Of a stretch of DNA of 64,000 nt, positions 9,972 through 19,437 are shown piece by piece. The DNA is taken from contig CAZABC010000004.1 in the NCBI GenBank assembly GCA_964483405.1, forward strand, positions 1,329 to 65,328, in the 5' to 3' direction. Origin of the DNA: an uncultured Anaerolineaceae bacterium (GTDB lineage Bacteria > Chloroflexota > Limnocylindria > Limnocylindrales > CSP1-4). The translations under genes and the position numbers were made by a program. Under the pieces are notes generated by a model. It saw only the letters and a program-made list of their open reading frames with translations. It searched no databases and had not been told where the DNA came from. The first letter of the stretch is position 1. Each line of letters opens with the position of its first letter.

Positions 9972-11483
9972 ATGGCACGAACACGCTACCCGGCGCGCCC
10001 GCCCGCGGCCGGGCCGCGGCGATCGCCCGGCATCGCGGCCTTCCTCAGCTTCCTCGTCCCCGGCCTCGGCACGGCATGGGCCGGCGAGCGCGAGCGGGGG
10101 ATCCGGATCAGCCTGCCGTTCGTCACGCTCGTCGTCGTCGCCCTGCTGGTCGCGCTCGTCGCCGGCGGCCTGACCGGCCTGGCCGGGCTCGTCGTCCAGC
10201 CGAGCGTGCTCCTCCTCATCGTCGTCCTCGACCTCGCCTGCCTCGTCTATCGAAGCTGGGCGATCGTCGACGGCTTCCGGGTGGCGCGGGGTCCGCGGAC
10301 CCGCCACGGATCGACCGCCGCGGGCGGCATGATCGTCGTCGCGGTCCTCCTCGCGATCACGGTCGCGACCCACGGCGCGGTCGCCTACGTCGGCTGGAAC
10401 GCCTACGACCTCGTCACCGGCGTCTTCAGCGCCGGCGGCGGCGAGGGACCCGCCTGGGGCGACGAGGTGAGCGCCGAACCGTCGCCCGACCCCTCCCCGA
10501 GCCCGGAACCGTCACCCGACGCCTCGGCGAGCTCGACGCCATCGCTCGCGCCGAGCCCGAGCCCGTCGCCGAGCCCCAGCCCGTCGCCCGACCCGTCGGC
10601 CCCGTACTGGGCGGACGACGGGCGGCTCAATCTCCTGCTCCTCGGCGGCGACGCCGGGCCAGGCCGCGAATCGATCCGGACCGACTCGATGATCCTCCTG
10701 ACGGTCGACCTGGCGACGGCCCGGGCCGCTCTCGCGAGCATCCCCCGCAACCTCCTGAACGTGCCCCTCCCCAAGCCGTACGCCCAGCGGTTCCGGAACG
10801 GCGTCTTCCCGGGCATGCTCAACGCGCTCTGGCGCTACGCGAACGACCGGCCGAAGCTGTTCCCGGGCAACGACGAGACCCGGGGCTTCCGGGCGATCTC
10901 GGCGGCCGTCGGCCACATCACCGGCACCCGGATCGACGGGCTCGCCTACGTCGACCTCAACGGCTTCGTCCGGGTCGTCGATGCCCTCGGCGGGCTCGAG
11001 ATCGACGTGCCGTACCGCGTCTACGACCAGCGCTACCCGAACGAGGACGGCAATGGCACCCGGGTGGTCGACATCCGGCCCGGGATCCAGACGCTCGACG
11101 GCTCGACGGTGCTGGCCTTCGCCCGGACCCGGCGCCAGGACTCGGACTACGGCCGGATCTCGCGCCAGCAGCTCGTCCTCCTCGCGTTCCGCCGGCAGGT
11201 GAACCCGTGCACCCTCCTGCCGCGGCTGCCCGAGCTCGTCGGGATCGCGAAGGAGACGATGTACACGAACATCCCGGTCGAGGAGCTGCCCCGTCTGCTC
11301 GCCCTGGCGACCGAGATCGAGACGTCGCGGATCGAGCGGATCGCCTTCACCCCGGCGAACGGCTACCCGGAGGTCGCGACGAAGGCGTCGGTCGAGAAGA
11401 TGCGGCGGGCGATCCGCGACGCCTTCAAGGGCGACCCGCCGCCCCCCGACGGTGGCCCGGACCTGTCGCTGCTGAGCTGCTGA
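9972..11483 (+). CDS. LytR-CpsA-Psr (LCP) family cell-envelope phosphotransferase.
   Basis: N-terminal TM segments, a Pro/Ser-rich linker (SPDPSPSPEPSPD...SPSPSPSPSPSPDPS), then the LCP core (LNLLLLGGDAGPGRESIRTDSMILLTVD...RTRRQDSDYGRISRQQ). Confidence 0.85.
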   Translation: MARTRYPARPPAAGPRRSPGIAAFLSFLVPGLGTAWAGERERGIRISLPFVTLVVVALLVALVAGGLTGLAGLVVQPSVLLLIVVLDLACLVYRSWAIVDGFRVARGPRTRHGSTAAGGMIVVAVLLAITVATHGAVAYVGWNAYDLVTGVFSAGGGEGPAWGDEVSAEPSPDPSPSPEPSPDASASSTPSLAPSPSPSPSPSPSPDPSAPYWADDGRLNLLLLGGDAGPGRESIRTDSMILLTVDLATARAALASIPRNLLNVPLPKPYAQRFRNGVFPGMLNALWRYANDRPKLFPGNDETRGFRAISAAVGHITGTRIDGLAYVDLNGFVRVVDALGGLEIDVPYRVYDQRYPNEDGNGTRVVDIRPGIQTLDGSTVLAFARTRRQDSDYGRISRQQLVLLAFRRQVNPCTLLPRLPELVGIAKETMYTNIPVEELPRLLALATEIETSRIERIAFTPANGYPEVATKASVEKMRRAIRDAFKGDPPPPDGGPDLSLLSC

Positions 11484-11514
11484 GCGGCTCGCCACCACGG
11501 CCGGGCTCGGTCGG

Positions 11515-13029
11515 TCAGCCGCGCGGCGCCGCCGTGATCGCGCCCTGTGGCTCGACGACCGTGAGCGTCCCGCCGTACATCCCCATCGAACAGGTGTAGG
11601 CGATCGTCCCGGGCTCGAGCGGCGGGAGGTCGATGACGTTCTCGCCCTTCGCGAGCGTCACGGCGATGTCGAGCGTCGGGACGACGAGGAAGACCGCGCA
11701 CGACCGCGGCTCGAGCGAGTCGACGATCCAGCGGGTCGGCAACCGCGCGTAGAGGGCCGTGTCGGCCGGCAGATAGCCGTCGGCGACCTGGAAGGTCCGC
11801 AGGGTCTGGACCCCGTCCTCGATCGTGACGACCGGGGTCGGGCCGCCGCCGGCCGCGTCCCCGCCGCCGGCTCCGCCGACGGTCGCGGCGACGGCGTCGA
11901 GCGATGGCGAGAGGCCGAGCAGCCGCAGGCCGGCCATCCCGTTGACGAGGGCGAACCCGAGGATGACGACGCCGATGACCCGCAGGAGCGTCGGTCGCGA
12001 CGCGGCCGGGAGCAGGTTCGGCAGCCCACCGAGGGCGAGAAGCCCGGGGGCGGTCCCGAGCGCGAAGACACCCATGATCGCGCCGGCATGGAGCGGCTCG
12101 CCGGTGGCGAGGGCGACGACCTGGACGGCCTGGGTGAAGCCGCAGGGCAGGAAGAACGAGGCGGCGCCGAGGACCGCGGCCCGCGTGTCCGAGTAGGTCG
12201 AGGCCGCCGAGGCGTCGACGCCGAGCGCCCGGGCGAGGCCCGTCGGGAGGGTCGGCGACCAGGCGGCGATGCGCGGCGAGATCCCCGTCAGGCGCGTCCC
12301 GAGGAGGGTCATCAGCAGCGCCACGACGATCATGAGGACCGCGGTGAGGACTGGCGGCATCGAGATCGAGGCGCCGACCGCGCCGAGGAGCGCTCCGAGC
12401 ACGGCGAAGCCGACGACGCGTCCGCCGACGAAGACGGCGCTCGGCCGGAGCCGCATGCCGATCGAGCCATCGGCCGTCTCCGGGTGGCGGGCGGCGAACG
12501 TAGCCGACAGGGCCAGGACGAGCCCGCCGACGAGCGCGAGGCAGGTCGAGACGCCCGCGGCGAGACCGAGGAGCAGGGCGACGACGAGGCCGCCCTCGGC
12601 GAGGTCGCCGGCGCTCGAGGCGAGATCGGTGAACCCCGTCAGCTCGGCGAGGGCGACGATGGCCGCGACGACGAGGAGGCCGAGCCCGGCCGTCGCCCAG
12701 ACGGCCCGGTCGCCCGAGAGCCACGGCGACCGGCCGATCGCGTAGCCCGCCGCCTCGATGGCGGCCGCGAGCTCGGCGGTCGACACCGGGCCGGCCGCCT
12801 TGATCCGGACCCTGCCCGCGACCGCCGACGCGGAGACGCCGACGACGTCGGGCAGGGCAGCGAGGTGGTGCTCGATCCGTCGCTCGCAGGTCCGGCAGGT
12901 CATCCCGGCGACCGGCACGTCGAACGAGGTTGGCACGGGCGCAGGCCGAACCGCCGCGGGCTTGTGCGCCTTCGCGGAGGACGCCGGTCGGGGACGACGG
13001 GACGCGCCGGACATGGGCCGAGCATGCAT
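11515..13029 (-). CDS. HMA-domain, DsbD_2/TauE-like membrane domain and C-terminal cupredoxin-like domain fusion. Putative copper-handling membrane protein.
   Basis: N-terminal heavy-metal-associated motif GMTCRTCERRIE, about 8 TM segments with FFLPCGFTQAV, and a C-terminal soluble domain with YTCSMGMYGGTLTVV. Confidence 0.75.
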   Translation of the reverse strand: MHARPMSGASRRPRPASSAKAHKPAAVRPAPVPTSFDVPVAGMTCRTCERRIEHHLAALPDVVGVSASAVAGRVRIKAAGPVSTAELAAAIEAAGYAIGRSPWLSGDRAVWATAGLGLLVVAAIVALAELTGFTDLASSAGDLAEGGLVVALLLGLAAGVSTCLALVGGLVLALSATFAARHPETADGSIGMRLRPSAVFVGGRVVGFAVLGALLGAVGASISMPPVLTAVLMIVVALLMTLLGTRLTGISPRIAAWSPTLPTGLARALGVDASAASTYSDTRAAVLGAASFFLPCGFTQAVQVVALATGEPLHAGAIMGVFALGTAPGLLALGGLPNLLPAASRPTLLRVIGVVILGFALVNGMAGLRLLGLSPSLDAVAATVGGAGGGDAAGGGPTPVVTIEDGVQTLRTFQVADGYLPADTALYARLPTRWIVDSLEPRSCAVFLVVPTLDIAVTLAKGENVIDLPPLEPGTIAYTCSMGMYGGTLTVVEPQGAITAAPRG

Positions 13030-13143
13030 GCGCCGGAGCGAATGCGTCGGGGCCCGACCGGCCCGAAGCGAGGGGCCGGTGGTCCCGTGCGAGCGCCGCC
13101 GACGGCGGCGCGGCGACGCCGCCCGGCCCTCGTCGGATCCGGC

Positions 13144-14250
13144 CTACCCCTGGCGCAATGGCGGCATCGGGACCGGGATGTCGAGCATCGTCGCACCGAC
13201 GCCGACGCCGCCCTCGCACGTGTTCGGTGGTTGTGTCCCGATACCGCGCGTCGAGGGCTTCTCGGCCGCCCAGAACATGAACCCGAGCATCCCGGGCGTC
13301 GCGCCCGCCAGCTTCGGCTCGACGGTCCGGACGAAGGTAGCCGTCGACTGCTGGAGCGAGGAGGCGAAGGTCGAGCACTCGGGCCGGACCCGCGAGCCTT
13401 CGGCCACGTAGACGCTGCCGGTGAACCTGGCCGGGGCGAGCGGCGGGATCGGCGGGTCGTACTGCGGCTTGCCGTCGACGTGCTCCTGCCAGTTCGCGAT
13501 CGCCGCGGAGGTCGACGGCTGCTTCGAGGGGACCATCGCATTCGCGTAGTCGAGGACCGGCGCGTCGGTCCGGAGCCAGTCGGCGGTCGCCTTGCGGGTG
13601 ATGCCGATGAGCCAACGGTCGCCCGCCGCGAGGTCGATCGTCAGCCGCGCCGCCGGGTTCGCGCCCGTCGCGTCATACGGATGGATCGCCCGGTAGGCGG
13701 TGATGAAGGCCTGCAGGCCGGTCAGGTCCGGGCTGCGGTTCTCCTCGTAGTCGATCTCGATGCCGACGCCGAGGTCCGTGGCCAGCTCGGCGGCCGCCCG
13801 ACCGAGGCCCGCCGCGTCCTTCGCGAGCGCCTGGTTCCAGGCCTTCGTGTAGGTGATGCCGCCGATCGACAGCATCACCCTGATCCCGTGTGACGTGAAG
13901 TACTCGACGATCGCCGGGGTCATCCCCTTCGGGACACCGCCGACCGTCGTCGCGTCGGTCGTCCCCTCGAGGAGCTTGAGCGGATGGACGAACGAGAGGA
14001 CGACGAGGTTGACCGACGGGCGTCCGTCGCCGCGGTCGACGAGCCAGTGGTTCATGGCATCGAACTCGTCGACCCCCCGGGCCCGGCCCCAGGTGCAGTA
14101 GTCGTCGGAACAGTGCCAGGCGCCGTAGACCTGGAGCTGGACGGCCTCGGCCGCCCGGACGCCCCGGGCGCCGGCGACCGGCGACCCGGTGCCAGCAAGG
14201 CCCGCGAGCATCGCGGCAAGGATCGAGATCGACACGAGGCGACGGCCCAT
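13144..14250 (-). CDS. Secreted glycoside hydrolase family 18-like (chitinase-like) protein.
   Basis: Signal peptide (MGRRLVSISILAAMLAGLAGTGSPVAGARG) and a GH18-like catalytic-motif region (LGVGIEIDYEE). The family assignment is tentative. Confidence 0.55.
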   Translation of the reverse strand: MGRRLVSISILAAMLAGLAGTGSPVAGARGVRAAEAVQLQVYGAWHCSDDYCTWGRARGVDEFDAMNHWLVDRGDGRPSVNLVVLSFVHPLKLLEGTTDATTVGGVPKGMTPAIVEYFTSHGIRVMLSIGGITYTKAWNQALAKDAAGLGRAAAELATDLGVGIEIDYEENRSPDLTGLQAFITAYRAIHPYDATGANPAARLTIDLAAGDRWLIGITRKATADWLRTDAPVLDYANAMVPSKQPSTSAAIANWQEHVDGKPQYDPPIPPLAPARFTGSVYVAEGSRVRPECSTFASSLQQSTATFVRTVEPKLAGATPGMLGFMFWAAEKPSTRGIGTQPPNTCEGGVGVGATMLDIPVPMPPLRQG

Positions 14251-14329
14251 CGTCTGCTCCTCCAGGGCGGCTCACCGACGGCAGCGTACGCCGCAGCGCG
14301 GGTGCGACGCCACGGCCGGACGGCCCCGA

Positions 14330-14347
14330 CGGTGCGACGACGCACCG
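14330..14347. terminator. Hairpin CGGTGCG-ACGA-CGCACCG downstream of the oxidase subunit I gene.
   Basis: 7-bp GC-rich stem with a 4-nt loop in the 150-bp gap after the oxidase stop (14402, minus strand). No U-tract follows. Confidence 0.2.
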
Positions 14348-14401
14348 GGGGCCGCGGCCCGACCGAGGCTCGTGATCCGATCGAGGGGCCGTGGCCTTGG
14401 C

Positions 14402-16045
14402 TCAGGCCGGCGTCGGCGCGCTCGTCGGCGGTGGCAGCAGCGAACCAGGGGCGAGCTTGGACGGCAGGAAGATCCCGATCGCCCCCTTCAGGCCGACGGT
14501 CATCACGATGTTCAGGAGGAACGCGAGGAGCGCGAGCAGCAGGAGCCCGCCGCAGAGTCCGGCCAGGATCATGAACAGCTCGTACTCGTCCTCGTAGTAG
14601 ATCGTCCGCCGGAGCATGCCCTGCAGCCCGGCCATGCCCATGAAGGCGCCCATCCCGATCCCGCCGACGAGATGGGCCCAGAAGTGGAAGGTCGCGAGCT
14701 TCTGGCTCCACAGCTTGGCCCCGTTGGTCAGGATGGGCAGCAGGAGATAGATGGCCGAGTAGAGGGTCATCGTCAGGCCGACGAGGACCGCGACGTGGAC
14801 GTGCGGGCCGATGACCCACTGCGTGTTGTGGAGGATGCGGTTGAGGCCGACGTCGGCCTGGAGGATGCCGGCGGCCACGCCGAGCCCGAACCCCGTCAGG
14901 CCACCGAGCAGGAACTTCAGCTCGTTGGTCATCTTGAGCGGCCTCGCGGTCCAGAGGGTCGCCAGCGTGATGAAGAAGGCCAGACCCTGGGTGACGAGCT
15001 CGAACGCGGTCACGAGCTCGCCGGAGACCACCTTGAGCATCGCCGGCTGGGCCTGGTCCGAGAGGAGGTGATGGGACCACACCGTCCACGACACGACGAG
15101 CTCGAGGAGCAGGGCGGCCCGGGCCACGTTGGCCATGAAGACCGGCTTACCGGTGATCAGGTTCGCGAGGAGGTACCAGGTGCCCGCGACCCAGATGAGG
15201 ACGAGACCGTCGGCGATGAGGTCGAGACCCCACCAGAAGAAGTTCTTGTAGAGGAGGGCGTCGACGATCGTCGACTGCAGGGAGATACCGACGGCCGCGG
15301 CGACGAGGAAGATGAGGATGAGGATGCCGCTCGCCAGGATGACGAACGAGTTGAGCAGCGCGTCGACGGCCCCGCGGGCGATCGCCGCCACCGCCAGCGG
15401 CACGGGCTCCTCGCTCTCCGGGCGCCGCCTGGCGATGTTGCGGAACCCGGTCAGGCCGATGGCCGACCGGAAGAGCGGACCCTTCGGCTGATGGGGCTCG
15501 CCCTTCGGCGTGTAGAGGATCGTCGCGAACACGTTGAGGACGAACAGCAGCGTCCCGAGCATCACGAGCGCAACGCCGACGATGAAGATCGAGCCCGCCA
15601 CCGGGTCGAACTGCGACGTGTCGGCCGGCAGCGGCCAGTACAGCGTGTACAGCGGGGCGTAGTGCGTGATGAAGCCGTCGAACCAGAACACGAAGGTGCC
15701 GATCGCGATCAGCCAGAACGTGGCCTGGGCCGCGCGGAAGCTCCAGAGTGGCTTCTTCATGAGGAACGGGACGAGGAACAGGAACGCCCCGAAGGCGATC
15801 ATGTAGGTCGAACCGAAGATGCCGACGAGCGGGTGCGCCGTCAGGATGCCGAAGTACTGGTCGGCCGGGATGAGCGGGATCGGCTCGACGGCGTAGATGC
15901 GCATGATCCCGCCCTCGATCGCGGCGAAGGCGTAGTAGACGAGACCGACGATCACGAAGCGAAGCGTCAGCTTCTGCATCGGGGTCATCGTCTCTGCCCG
16001 GAACGCGCGCTGGTTCCCCTGGACCAGCGTCTCGACGATCGTCAT
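14402..16045 (-). CDS. Heme-copper oxidase subunit I family protein (NOR-like or B-type oxidase catalytic subunit).
   Basis: 547 aa with 12 or more TM segments. The WSHHLLS HH motif (CuB ligands) and conserved His in HVHVAVL and HFWAHLVGG are present. The HPLVG motif lacks the A-family HPEVY tyrosine. Confidence 0.8.
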   Translation of the reverse strand: MTIVETLVQGNQRAFRAETMTPMQKLTLRFVIVGLVYYAFAAIEGGIMRIYAVEPIPLIPADQYFGILTAHPLVGIFGSTYMIAFGAFLFLVPFLMKKPLWSFRAAQATFWLIAIGTFVFWFDGFITHYAPLYTLYWPLPADTSQFDPVAGSIFIVGVALVMLGTLLFVLNVFATILYTPKGEPHQPKGPLFRSAIGLTGFRNIARRRPESEEPVPLAVAAIARGAVDALLNSFVILASGILILIFLVAAAVGISLQSTIVDALLYKNFFWWGLDLIADGLVLIWVAGTWYLLANLITGKPVFMANVARAALLLELVVSWTVWSHHLLSDQAQPAMLKVVSGELVTAFELVTQGLAFFITLATLWTARPLKMTNELKFLLGGLTGFGLGVAAGILQADVGLNRILHNTQWVIGPHVHVAVLVGLTMTLYSAIYLLLPILTNGAKLWSQKLATFHFWAHLVGGIGMGAFMGMAGLQGMLRRTIYYEDEYELFMILAGLCGGLLLLALLAFLLNIVMTVGLKGAIGIFLPSKLAPGSLLPPPTSAPTPA

Positions 16046-16638
16046 CGCGTCACACCCGCTTCCTCGGACGTCGTGCAGCCGGCGACCTCGACGGCGTCCT
16101 CGACGACCATCCGGTGCCCTTCGGGGCCGGAGTACTCGGTCGAGCGGATGTCGTAGACCCCGTTCTTGTCGAAGGTCCAGATCACGTCATTCCGATGACC
16201 CGGGACGACCTGCATCTGGAAGACCATCGAGTGGTCCTGTCGGAAGAGCCCGAAGCCGTACGTGAGATCCGCGGTCGTGACATCGAAGGCGACCATGTCG
16301 CCGCAATCGATGAGCAGCCGCTCGGCCGGCAGCGTGAAGGCGTGCTCGGCGACGGTGATCTCGAAGGTCTTGTCGGGGGTGACCGCCTCGCGATCGAGGT
16401 CGACCTCCACCCACGGGATCGTGTTCGCGCTCACGAGATGGAGCGACACCCCGGTGACGACGAGGACGCCCGCCCACCCGACGAAGAACCACGTCGGGAC
16501 CGTGTTCGACGAGCCGACCCTGGTCACCTTGTAGGCGAAGGCGCCGACCACGACGAGCACCGCGAGGGCGTACAGCGTGTAGACGAGCGCCTGCCCCCAC
16601 AGGACGACGCTCGAGTCGACAGGGCCTGGGTCGGGCAT
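16042..16638 (-). CDS. Heme-copper oxidase subunit II-like cupredoxin protein with a degenerate CuA site.
   Basis: One N-terminal TM segment plus a cupredoxin domain. The CuA-like segment reads STEYSGPEGHRM, with Ser where the CxExCG cysteines should be. The gene is translationally coupled to subunit I (4-nt overlap). Confidence 0.7.
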   Translation of the reverse strand: MPDPGPVDSSVVLWGQALVYTLYALAVLVVVGAFAYKVTRVGSSNTVPTWFFVGWAGVLVVTGVSLHLVSANTIPWVEVDLDREAVTPDKTFEITVAEHAFTLPAERLLIDCGDMVAFDVTTADLTYGFGLFRQDHSMVFQMQVVPGHRNDVIWTFDKNGVYDIRSTEYSGPEGHRMVVEDAVEVAGCTTSEEAGVTR

Positions 16639-16921
16639 GGGCGCGCACCTCCGGGCGGGCCGCCCCTCGCTCGGCTGGCCCTACACGAACGACGGCGCCA
16701 AGTCCGGGACGCTGGCGCCGCGGTCAGCATCGAAGGAGGGCGCCGCCGTCGACAGGGCCCTTCGGAGCGTCGCCCACGTCCACTCTTCCCGATCCGCCGT
16801 ACGATCGGCCCGACCCACAGCGCGGCCCGCGCGGACCGGTCGTTCGGGCGAAAGGACCCTCGACGGCCGCGCCGGCATGCCGGAAGACTCGGGCAGGACG
16901 TGAAGCGCATCGAGGAGGTCG

Positions 16922-17125
16922 ATGATGCAGGGCAAAGTCGGCGACCGGATCCTCGTCGAAACGGAGCGCGCCGGTCAGCGGGACCGATCGGGCGAGATCG
17001 TCGAGGTCCTCGAGGCATCGACCGGGATCCGCTACCGCGTCCGCTGGGACGATGGCCACGAGTCGGTCATCCAGCCCGCGGCCGGCAGCGCCCGGATCGT
17101 GGCCGCGACGAAGCGCCGGACCTGA
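16922..17125 (+). CDS. DUF1918 domain small protein.
   Basis: 67 aa. GDRILVETERAGQRDRSGEIVEVLEASTGIRYRVRWDDGHESVIQP matches the DUF1918 pattern. Confidence 0.7.
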   Translation: MMQGKVGDRILVETERAGQRDRSGEIVEVLEASTGIRYRVRWDDGHESVIQPAAGSARIVAATKRRT

Positions 17126-17134
17126 CCGCCCGGG

Positions 17135-18517
17135 GTGTCGGCGCCGACGGCTGGATCGCGTCCGACGCTCCCCTCTCCGCGCCGCATCGTCCGCGAGCTG
17201 CGGACGGAGTTCCCGCCGGTCGTCCAGGTCCTCGCGGCGGGCGACCTGGTCGCGAGCTTCGGCTTCAGCCTGTTCTTCCCGTACCTGACGATCTACCTCG
17301 TCGAGACGCTCGGCGCGACGGCGGCGATGGCCGGGCTCGTCATCGCCGCGTACTCGCTGTGCTCGATCGTCTCGGGGCTCGTCGGCGGCTGGCTGGCCGA
17401 TCGGATCGGCCGGCGACCCGTCCTCATCGGCTCGATCACCGCCACCGCGATCCTCGTCGCCTCGATGGCCTTCGCGACCGAGGTCTGGCAGGTCGCCCTG
17501 ATCTTCCTGCTCCTCGGCTCGATCGACCCGGCGTTCGCGCCGGCGGCCCGGGCGGCGATCGCCGACGTCGTGCCCGAGGAGCACCGCCCACGGGCCTACG
17601 GCCTGCTCGGCGTGGCGGCCGCCCTCGGCTGGATCGCCGGACCGACGATCGGCGCCGGCCTGTCGATCGTCGGCTACCCGCTCCTGTTCGGCGTGTCCGG
17701 CGCGCTCGTCGGCGGGTACACGCTCATCGCCTTGCGGTGGCTGCCCGAGACTCGGCCCGCCGGCGCCGGGCGACATGGACCACGGCCGGCCGTCGCCCGC
17801 CCGGAGCCCCGCATCGGCGCGGACGCGCGGATCGGCGCCGACCCGGAGGCGATCGGTCGGATCGACCCGGTCGAGCGACCCGCACCGACCGTCGCGGGCT
17901 CCGGCGATGCGTCCGCGTCCGACGCCGACCGCCTCCGGCGACGGGTCTTCGTCGCGCTCCTGCCGCTGCTCGTCCCGATCCACGCGGTGACCTTCATCTG
18001 GGTCACGACGCTGCCGATCCATGCGGCCGGCGACCTCGAGGTCGCCACACCGGTCTGGGGTGTCCTGTTCTCGATCAACGGCCTCCTCATCGTCCTCTTC
18101 CAGCTACGGATCTCGGGGCTGGCCGAGCGACGCTCGCGGCCGCGCGTCCTCGCGGGCTCGATGCTGCTGTACGCCACCGGGCTCGGGCTGGCCGCCGTCC
18201 TCTCGCCGACCACGGCCGTCGTCGGGCTCGCCGCGGTCATCGTCCTCGTCACCCTCGGCGAGATGCTCCTGATGCCGATCGAGCCGTCGCTCGTCTCGGA
18301 CATGTCGCCGGTCGCCCATCGCGGGGCCTACCAGGGGATGGCCCTCGCGGCCGGGAGCATCGGCGCCGCCCTCGGGCCGCCGCTCACCGGCCTCGCGCTC
18401 GACGGGGGCGCCGGCGGCGTGGTCTGGCTGGTCGCCGCGGCGATCCTCGTCGCCGTCGCGGGCGCGCTCGTCGCGCTCGCCCGTTGGACCGACCGGCTCC
18501 CGCCCGCACCGGCCTGA
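17135..18517 (+). CDS. MFS transporter.
   Basis: GTG start 10 nt after the DUF1918 stop. 12 TM segments with a GWLADRIGRRPV MFS motif, and a long central loop with a duplicated RIGADARIGAD. Confidence 0.85.
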   Translation: MSAPTAGSRPTLPSPRRIVRELRTEFPPVVQVLAAGDLVASFGFSLFFPYLTIYLVETLGATAAMAGLVIAAYSLCSIVSGLVGGWLADRIGRRPVLIGSITATAILVASMAFATEVWQVALIFLLLGSIDPAFAPAARAAIADVVPEEHRPRAYGLLGVAAALGWIAGPTIGAGLSIVGYPLLFGVSGALVGGYTLIALRWLPETRPAGAGRHGPRPAVARPEPRIGADARIGADPEAIGRIDPVERPAPTVAGSGDASASDADRLRRRVFVALLPLLVPIHAVTFIWVTTLPIHAAGDLEVATPVWGVLFSINGLLIVLFQLRISGLAERRSRPRVLAGSMLLYATGLGLAAVLSPTTAVVGLAAVIVLVTLGEMLLMPIEPSLVSDMSPVAHRGAYQGMALAAGSIGAALGPPLTGLALDGGAGGVVWLVAAAILVAVAGALVALARWTDRLPPAPA

Positions 18518-18543
18518 CGGATCGACCGGCCGGGCCCGCGGAG

Positions 18544-19254
18544 CTAGGCCGGCGCGACCTCGGCGACCGGCGGCTCGATCGCTGGCTCCGGCTCGATCTC
18601 GCCGCGGGCCAGGCGCTCGGCCCGGTCGCGGATGCCGCGGAGCATCGCCATCTCCATGAGGAAGTGGATGGGCTCGAGGCCGTACTGGTTGACGACGGCG
18701 CCGGCGGGGCTCGGCCGGTAGTCGCTCCGGAAGCGGACGACGAGCCGGCTGCCGAGCGGCGTCGGGCGGAGGACGAACGCCCAGCTCGGGTACGGCATGC
18801 CAGCCTCGAACGCGGCGGCGGCGTCACCGATCGGCCCGAGGACGAGGTGCCGCTCGGGCTCGAGCTCCTTGACCTCGAACGCGAGATCGGGCTGGGTGCC
18901 CTCCGGCACGAGCCGGATCCGGTCGCCGACCGCGAGGTTCTGCCACTCGGGGTGGATCGTGTCGGCGGAATGGAAGCCGAGCCCGGCGGCGTTCTCGAGA
19001 GCGTCGACGCTGTACAGGCCGCCCCGCCCGTGGCCCATCTGGACGATCCACGGCCAGACGTCCGACGGTGGCGCCGAGATGTCGATCGCCCGGGTCGAGA
19101 CCATCCTGGCGCCGGGGACGATGTCGTCGCCGGGGAGCGGTCCCTCGACCTCGGTCGCCGTGGCGCCCCAGCGCAGGAGCCGTGGGCGGGCGACGATCGC
19201 GTAGCCCGCCGCAGCGGCGGCCCCGATGACGAACAGACGCGTGAACGCGCTCAT
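18544..19254 (-). CDS. SRPBCC-superfamily (polyketide cyclase/START-like) protein with an N-terminal TM segment.
   Basis: 236 aa from the ATG at 19254 (MSAFTRLFVIGAAAAAGY...). The rest of the 591-aa ORF upstream is artifact. Confidence 0.55.
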   Translation of the reverse strand: MSAFTRLFVIGAAAAAGYAIVARPRLLRWGATATEVEGPLPGDDIVPGARMVSTRAIDISAPPSDVWPWIVQMGHGRGGLYSVDALENAAGLGFHSADTIHPEWQNLAVGDRIRLVPEGTQPDLAFEVKELEPERHLVLGPIGDAAAAFEAGMPYPSWAFVLRPTPLGSRLVVRFRSDYRPSPAGAVVNQYGLEPIHFLMEMAMLRGIRDRAERLARGEIEPEPAIEPPVAEVAPA

Positions 19255-19437
19255 GGCGTGCCACCTCGATCGATCAGCGGACCGCTCCGGCGGGAGGGGC
19301 CGGACGTCCGGAGAGGCCGAGTATCGCCCACCCCCGACCCGCCCGGCAGGGCCGGATGGCCGGGCCGGGGCCGTCGGGCCGGGCCGTCCGAACGCCGGTG
19401 GCAGACGGATCGACGGGCCGCTCGCCATACTCGGCCC

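Noticed and set aside
5583-11599. Very long ORFs 5583-7763 (minus), 5804-7330 (plus), 7770-9875 (minus), 8078-11599 (plus)
   Set aside because: Homopolymeric R/P/G/D/E composition. Each overlaps well-supported genes (ABC ATPase, TetR, MurJ, LCP) in another frame.
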